Shown here: one piece after another, positions 37,209 to 40,886 of the stretch
Layout of the letters: the number at the start of each line of letters is the position of its first letter
Numbering within the stretch: the first letter of the stretch is position 1
Source of the DNA: SAR86 cluster bacterium
GTDB taxonomy: Bacteria > Pseudomonadota > Gammaproteobacteria > Magnimaribacterales > D2472
Assembly: GCA_016779505.1 (NCBI GenBank)
Contig: JADHNM010000003.1
Coordinates: 1-40,886, forward strand
DNA: 40,886 nucleotides
Direction: 5' to 3'
Program-made: the position numbers and the translations under genes
Notes under the pieces: generated by a model
Databases searched by the model: none
What the model was told of the DNA's origin: nothing
What the model saw: the letters and a program-made list of their open reading frames with translations, nothing else

Positions 37209-37994
37209 ATGAATTTAAACACTATAAATGATATAGCTTCAGAGCTGTTTTTGGCTTTAAAAAACCAAGAAACAGTTCAGCCACTTTCTGACAAATATGA
37301 TGAGATAGATATTAATGATGCTTATCAAATTTCTCGAAAGTTTCTTTCCTTAAGAGAAGACCAAGGTGAAAAGGTTATTGGAAAGAAAATCGGTGTTACA
37401 AGTCCAGTTGTTCAAGAAATGCTTGGGGTCAACCAACCAGATTTTGGTTTTTTAACAGACAATATGCAAGTTAAAAATAAATCGAATTTCTCAATAAAAA
37501 ATTCTTTGATTCAACCTAGAGCAGAAGCTGAAATTGCTTTTATTTTAAAAGAAGATATTTCAGGACCTGGAATTTCAAAGGAAGATGTCATTCTCGCAAC
37601 TGATAAAATTGTTCCATGTTTTGAAATTGTTGACTCAAGAATTGATGATTGGAAAATTAAAATTCAAGATACTATTGCTGATAATGCATCATGTGGAATT
37701 TTTGTTTTAGGAGAAGGATCATCTTCCCCTGAAAAGTTTCCAATGGATGAGTTGGAGGTAATTGTTCATAAGAATGGAGAATTTTTGTCATCAGGCTTTG
37801 GTTCTGCGGTTCAAGGTCATCCAGCAGAAGCAGTTGCGTGGCTTGCTAATACTTTGGGTGAATATGACATCCCATTACTCAAAGGTGAGTTTATTTTATC
37901 AGGATCTCTGGTTCCTCTAGAGCCAGCAATTGCTGGCGATAGTTTTTCATTAGAGCTCAAGGGTGTTGGAACCTGCGAAATTAATTTTATCTAA
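37209..37994 (+). CDS. 2-hydroxy-dienoate hydratase (TesE/HsaE/MhpD family)
   Basis: [54 protein letters not shown]. Confidence 0.92.
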   Translation: MNLNTINDIASELFLALKNQETVQPLSDKYDEIDINDAYQISRKFLSLREDQGEKVIGKKIGVTSPVVQEMLGVNQPDFGFLTDNMQVKNKSNFSIKNSLIQPRAEAEIAFILKEDISGPGISKEDVILATDKIVPCFEIVDSRIDDWKIKIQDTIADNASCGIFVLGEGSSSPEKFPMDELEVIVHKNGEFLSSGFGSAVQGHPAEAVAWLANTLGEYDIPLLKGEFILSGSLVPLEPAIAGDSFSLELKGVGTCEINFI

Positions 37995-37996
37995 TT

Positions 37997-38920
37997 ATGA
38001 GCAAAGTCAAATGTGCAATTATTGGATCTGGAAATATCGGCACAGATCTGATGTTAAAAATTATTAAAACCTCTCAATCATTATCTTTAAATGGAGTGAT
38101 TGGCATTGACCCTGAGTCTGAAGGTCTAGCAATGGCAAAATCTCATAATATTGCGATTTCATCAACCGGCTTGCAGGGCTTTATGGAAATGGATGAGTAT
38201 CGAGATACTGAAATATTTTTTGATGCAACTTCTGCTGGTGCCCATAAAAATCATCATGATTTAATTATTAATGATGGCAAGCAGATGATAGACCTTACCC
38301 CAGCAGCAATAGGCCCATATTGCGTCCCAGTTGTTAATTTAACGGAACATTTAAAAGAAAAGAATGTAAACATGGTGACCTGCGGAGGCCAAGCTACCAT
38401 CCCAATGGTTGCAGCGGTTAATCAAGTTTCTAGCGTTAAATATGCTGAGATAGTTGCATCTGTTTCTTCAAAGTCTGCTGGACCAGGAACAAGGGCGAAC
38501 ATTGATGAATTTACTCAAACAACTAAGCTAGGGCTTGAAAAAGTTGGAGGGGCAGACAGAGCTAAAGCAATCATAGTGCTTAATCCTGCTGAGCCCCCTT
38601 TATTAATGAGAAATACTGTTTTTACTTTATGTGATCCTGTTGATCAAGAGTTAGTTAAAGATAGCATTGAGGCAATGGTAGACCGTGTTCAGTCTTATGT
38701 ACCTGGCTATAGATTAAAGCAAGAAGTTCAATTTGAAAGATTTGGCTCTAATAATCCATGCCTTATTCCTGGCTATGGTGAGTTTGAGGGACTAAAAGCA
38801 TCGATTTTCTTAGAAGTGGAGGGTGCTGGACACTATTTGCCTACTTATGCAGGGAATCTAGATATTATGACCTCTGCTGCTATGGGAACCGCACAGGAAT
38901 TAATTAAACTTAACTCATGA
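37997..38920 (+). CDS. Acylating aldehyde dehydrogenase (TesF/HsaG/MhpF family)
   Basis: [58 protein letters not shown]. Confidence 0.95.
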   Translation: MSKVKCAIIGSGNIGTDLMLKIIKTSQSLSLNGVIGIDPESEGLAMAKSHNIAISSTGLQGFMEMDEYRDTEIFFDATSAGAHKNHHDLIINDGKQMIDLTPAAIGPYCVPVVNLTEHLKEKNVNMVTCGGQATIPMVAAVNQVSSVKYAEIVASVSSKSAGPGTRANIDEFTQTTKLGLEKVGGADRAKAIIVLNPAEPPLLMRNTVFTLCDPVDQELVKDSIEAMVDRVQSYVPGYRLKQEVQFERFGSNNPCLIPGYGEFEGLKASIFLEVEGAGHYLPTYAGNLDIMTSAAMGTAQELIKLNS

Positions 38921-39933
38921 GTAAGCTTTATATACAAGATGTCACGTTGAGAGATGGTATGCACGCAATAAGACATCAATATGGTTTAGATCATGTAATT
39001 GAGATTGCAAAGGCATTAGATGAAGCTAAAGTTGATGCCATTGAGGTCGCTCATGGAGATGGTTTGTCTGGGTCTTCTTTTAATTATGGTTTTGGAGCTC
39101 ATACAGATAAAGAATGGATTGGAGCAGTTGCTGAGAAATTAAATTATGCAAAACTTACAACTCTTATTTTGCCTGGAATTGCAATTAAAGAAGATCTTAA
39201 GTGGGCATGGGATCTTGGGGTTAGATCGGTCAGAGTTGCAACTCACTGCACCGAGGCAGATGTTTCAAAGCAGCACATAGAGTTTGCAAGAGAATTAGGT
39301 ATGGATACCATTGGTTTTTTGATGATGTCACATATGACCTCACCATCCAACTTAGCAGAACAGGCCAAATTGATGGAGTCCTATGGAGCTGAATGTGTAT
39401 ATGTTGTTGATTCGGGCGGCGCATTGAGCATGGAAGATGTAGCAGATAGATTTAAAGCTTTTAAAGATACCTTGGATTCTTCAACCCAAACAGGCATGCA
39501 TGCGCATCATAATTTATCTTTAGGAGTTGCTAATTCAATTGTTGCTGTTGAAAATGGAGCAAATCGAGTTGATGCAAGTCTTGCGGGTATGGGGGCTGGA
39601 GCAGGAAATGCCCCTCTTGAAGTTTTTATTGCTGCAATTGATAGATTGGGGTGGGAACATGGAACAGATCTCTTTAAATTAATGGATGCTGCTGAAGAGC
39701 TGGTTCGCCCATTGCAGGATAGGCCCGTAAGAGTCGATAGAGAAACATTAACATTGGGTTATGCTGGCGTTTACTCATCCTTCCTCAGGCATGCTGAATC
39801 AGCTGCTGAAACTTATGATCTTGATACAAGAGAAATTCTTGTTGAGCTAGGAAAGAGAAAGATGGTTGGCGGTCAAGAAGATATGATTGTCGATGTAGCC
39901 TTGGATTTATTAAAAAAGAAATCTCAATCATGA
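38917..39933 (+). CDS. 4-hydroxy-2-oxoacid aldolase (TesG/HsaF/MhpE family)
   Basis: [53 protein letters not shown]. Confidence 0.95.
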   Translation: MSKLYIQDVTLRDGMHAIRHQYGLDHVIEIAKALDEAKVDAIEVAHGDGLSGSSFNYGFGAHTDKEWIGAVAEKLNYAKLTTLILPGIAIKEDLKWAWDLGVRSVRVATHCTEADVSKQHIEFARELGMDTIGFLMMSHMTSPSNLAEQAKLMESYGAECVYVVDSGGALSMEDVADRFKAFKDTLDSSTQTGMHAHHNLSLGVANSIVAVENGANRVDASLAGMGAGAGNAPLEVFIAAIDRLGWEHGTDLFKLMDAAEELVRPLQDRPVRVDRETLTLGYAGVYSSFLRHAESAAETYDLDTREILVELGKRKMVGGQEDMIVDVALDLLKKKSQS

Positions 39934-40802
39934 AAATTGGCATGACCCTTCCGGTCATGGAGCCTGATTTATCCAGGCAAGACTTAGAGGATTGGACGTT
40001 GAGAATAGATGCTGGTCCATGGTCGCATATTGCCTTGGGAGAAAGAATTTTATTTCCCAACCCTGAATTCATCTCTACTTTAAGTGCAGTCGCTGCCTGG
40101 ACCAAGCGTGTGGAGATCATTGCAACCATATCTGTTTTGACAATGCATAACCCAATATTGAGCGCTAAACAGTTTGCAACAATTGATATGATCTCAGAGG
40201 GTAGGTTTACCCTTGGTGTAGGGGTTGGGGGTAGAGAAGAAGACTATAATGCTATTGGCTCCACATGGTCTGATAGAAGGTGGGCTACACTTTCTGATCG
40301 TGTTAAAACCATGCAATCAGTTTGGTCAAAGGAATATCATCCTAGTTTAGGGCCAACACCCTTTTCTATGAATGGACCTCAAATATTGGCAGGCGCAGTA
40401 GGTCCTAAGGCCATGGAAATGTCGGCTGATTTTGCAGATGGCTTGGCTGGATTTTCATTTAATGCAGATATTGAAGAAATCAAAGATTCATTTAATCGAG
40501 TGCAAAAAGCATTTGAAGAAAAAAATAAATCTCCTAGGTTGGTCACCAGTTTCTGGTTTGGGCTAGGTAAATCTGCTCGATCAGACATTCAAACCCACCT
40601 TGAAAGGTATTTAAGTTGGATGGGAGATGATCTTGCAAGAGATTTAGCAAAAACAGCAGGTTTTTCAGGTAGTCAAAGTGATTTGAACGATTTTCTCTTA
40701 TTGGTCAAGGCTGCTGGCGCAACAGATGTAATTTTGGTGCCTACATCAAAAAACATTGAACAATTAATCTTGGCAGAAGAGGTGATTGCTGGATTTGGCT
40801 AA
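39930..40802 (+). CDS. LLM class flavin-dependent oxidoreductase
   Basis: [44 protein letters not shown]; ATGA overlap with the aldolase. Confidence 0.88.
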   Translation: MKIGMTLPVMEPDLSRQDLEDWTLRIDAGPWSHIALGERILFPNPEFISTLSAVAAWTKRVEIIATISVLTMHNPILSAKQFATIDMISEGRFTLGVGVGGREEDYNAIGSTWSDRRWATLSDRVKTMQSVWSKEYHPSLGPTPFSMNGPQILAGAVGPKAMEMSADFADGLAGFSFNADIEEIKDSFNRVQKAFEEKNKSPRLVTSFWFGLGKSARSDIQTHLERYLSWMGDDLARDLAKTAGFSGSQSDLNDFLLLVKAAGATDVILVPTSKNIEQLILAEEVIAGFG

Positions 40803-40886
40803 AAAATAATTATTTTTATAAAAATTGACAAATTAAATCCATCTGTTACTCGTTGATTATTTAATGTATTTATATAATAGTTATTA

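Noticed and set aside
24119-39933. Biphenyl/phenol (bph/dmp/mhp) degradation operon
   Set aside because: No Rieske dioxygenase or phenol hydroxylase; the ipdAB/ipdC/ipdF/echA20/fadA6 set is steroid-specific.
1739-40588. Numerous 60-121 aa alternative-frame and antisense ORFs in the ORF track
   Set aside because: They lie within or overlap well-supported genes and have no recognisable motifs; treated as shadow ORFs.
40802-40886. AT-only palindromes (AAAAATAATTATTTTT) and TTGACA/TATAAT hexamers at the window end
   Set aside because: No GC stem for a terminator, and the hexamer spacings do not fit a 17-bp promoter; downstream context is missing.
1-40886. CRISPR arrays, rRNA, insertion sequences, alternative genetic code
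   Set aside because: No repeat-spacer pattern, rRNA or transposase seen; TAA, TAG and TGA all end full-length conserved genes, consistent with code 11.

Overview
AT-rich (by eye roughly mid-30s % GC, not computed), tightly packed bacterial chromosome segment. Gene content and synteny (mltF/purL, alaS-lysC-tRNA-Ser, hflX) point to a streamlined gammaproteobacterium, plausibly a marine SAR86-like lineage (inference). Bases 1-14.5 kb are core genes: tRNA-Asn, uvrB, a shortened MltF, purL, two Nudix hydrolases, a gamma-carbonic-anhydrase-like protein, dienelactone hydrolase, alaS, lysC, dihydroorotase and tRNA-Ser. Bases 14.5-24 kb are mixed-orientation accessory genes: GNAT, Pif1-family helicase, AGCS symporter, phytoene-dehydrogenase-like oxidoreductase, an unknown lipoprotein, hflX, thioesterase, SDR, TM2 protein and an MBL hydrolase. 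Bases 24.1-40.8 kb are an 18-gene co-directional steroid ring-degradation operon (tesB/hsaC, ipdAB, echA13-like, ipdC, echA20, fadE31/32, fadA6, ipdF, hsaD-like, tesE/F/G). It contains non-canonical genes (EthD-like, SDR, CYP136-like P450, LLM flavoenzyme) and lacks hsaAB/kshAB in this window. Other oddities: an in-frame echA13-TAG-ipdC junction with a Lys-rich tail and no ATG/GTG/TTG where the homologous start should be; csrA and hfq both absent from their canonical loci; an internal lysC beta-subunit start. Family calls come from motif recognition only, without database searches.
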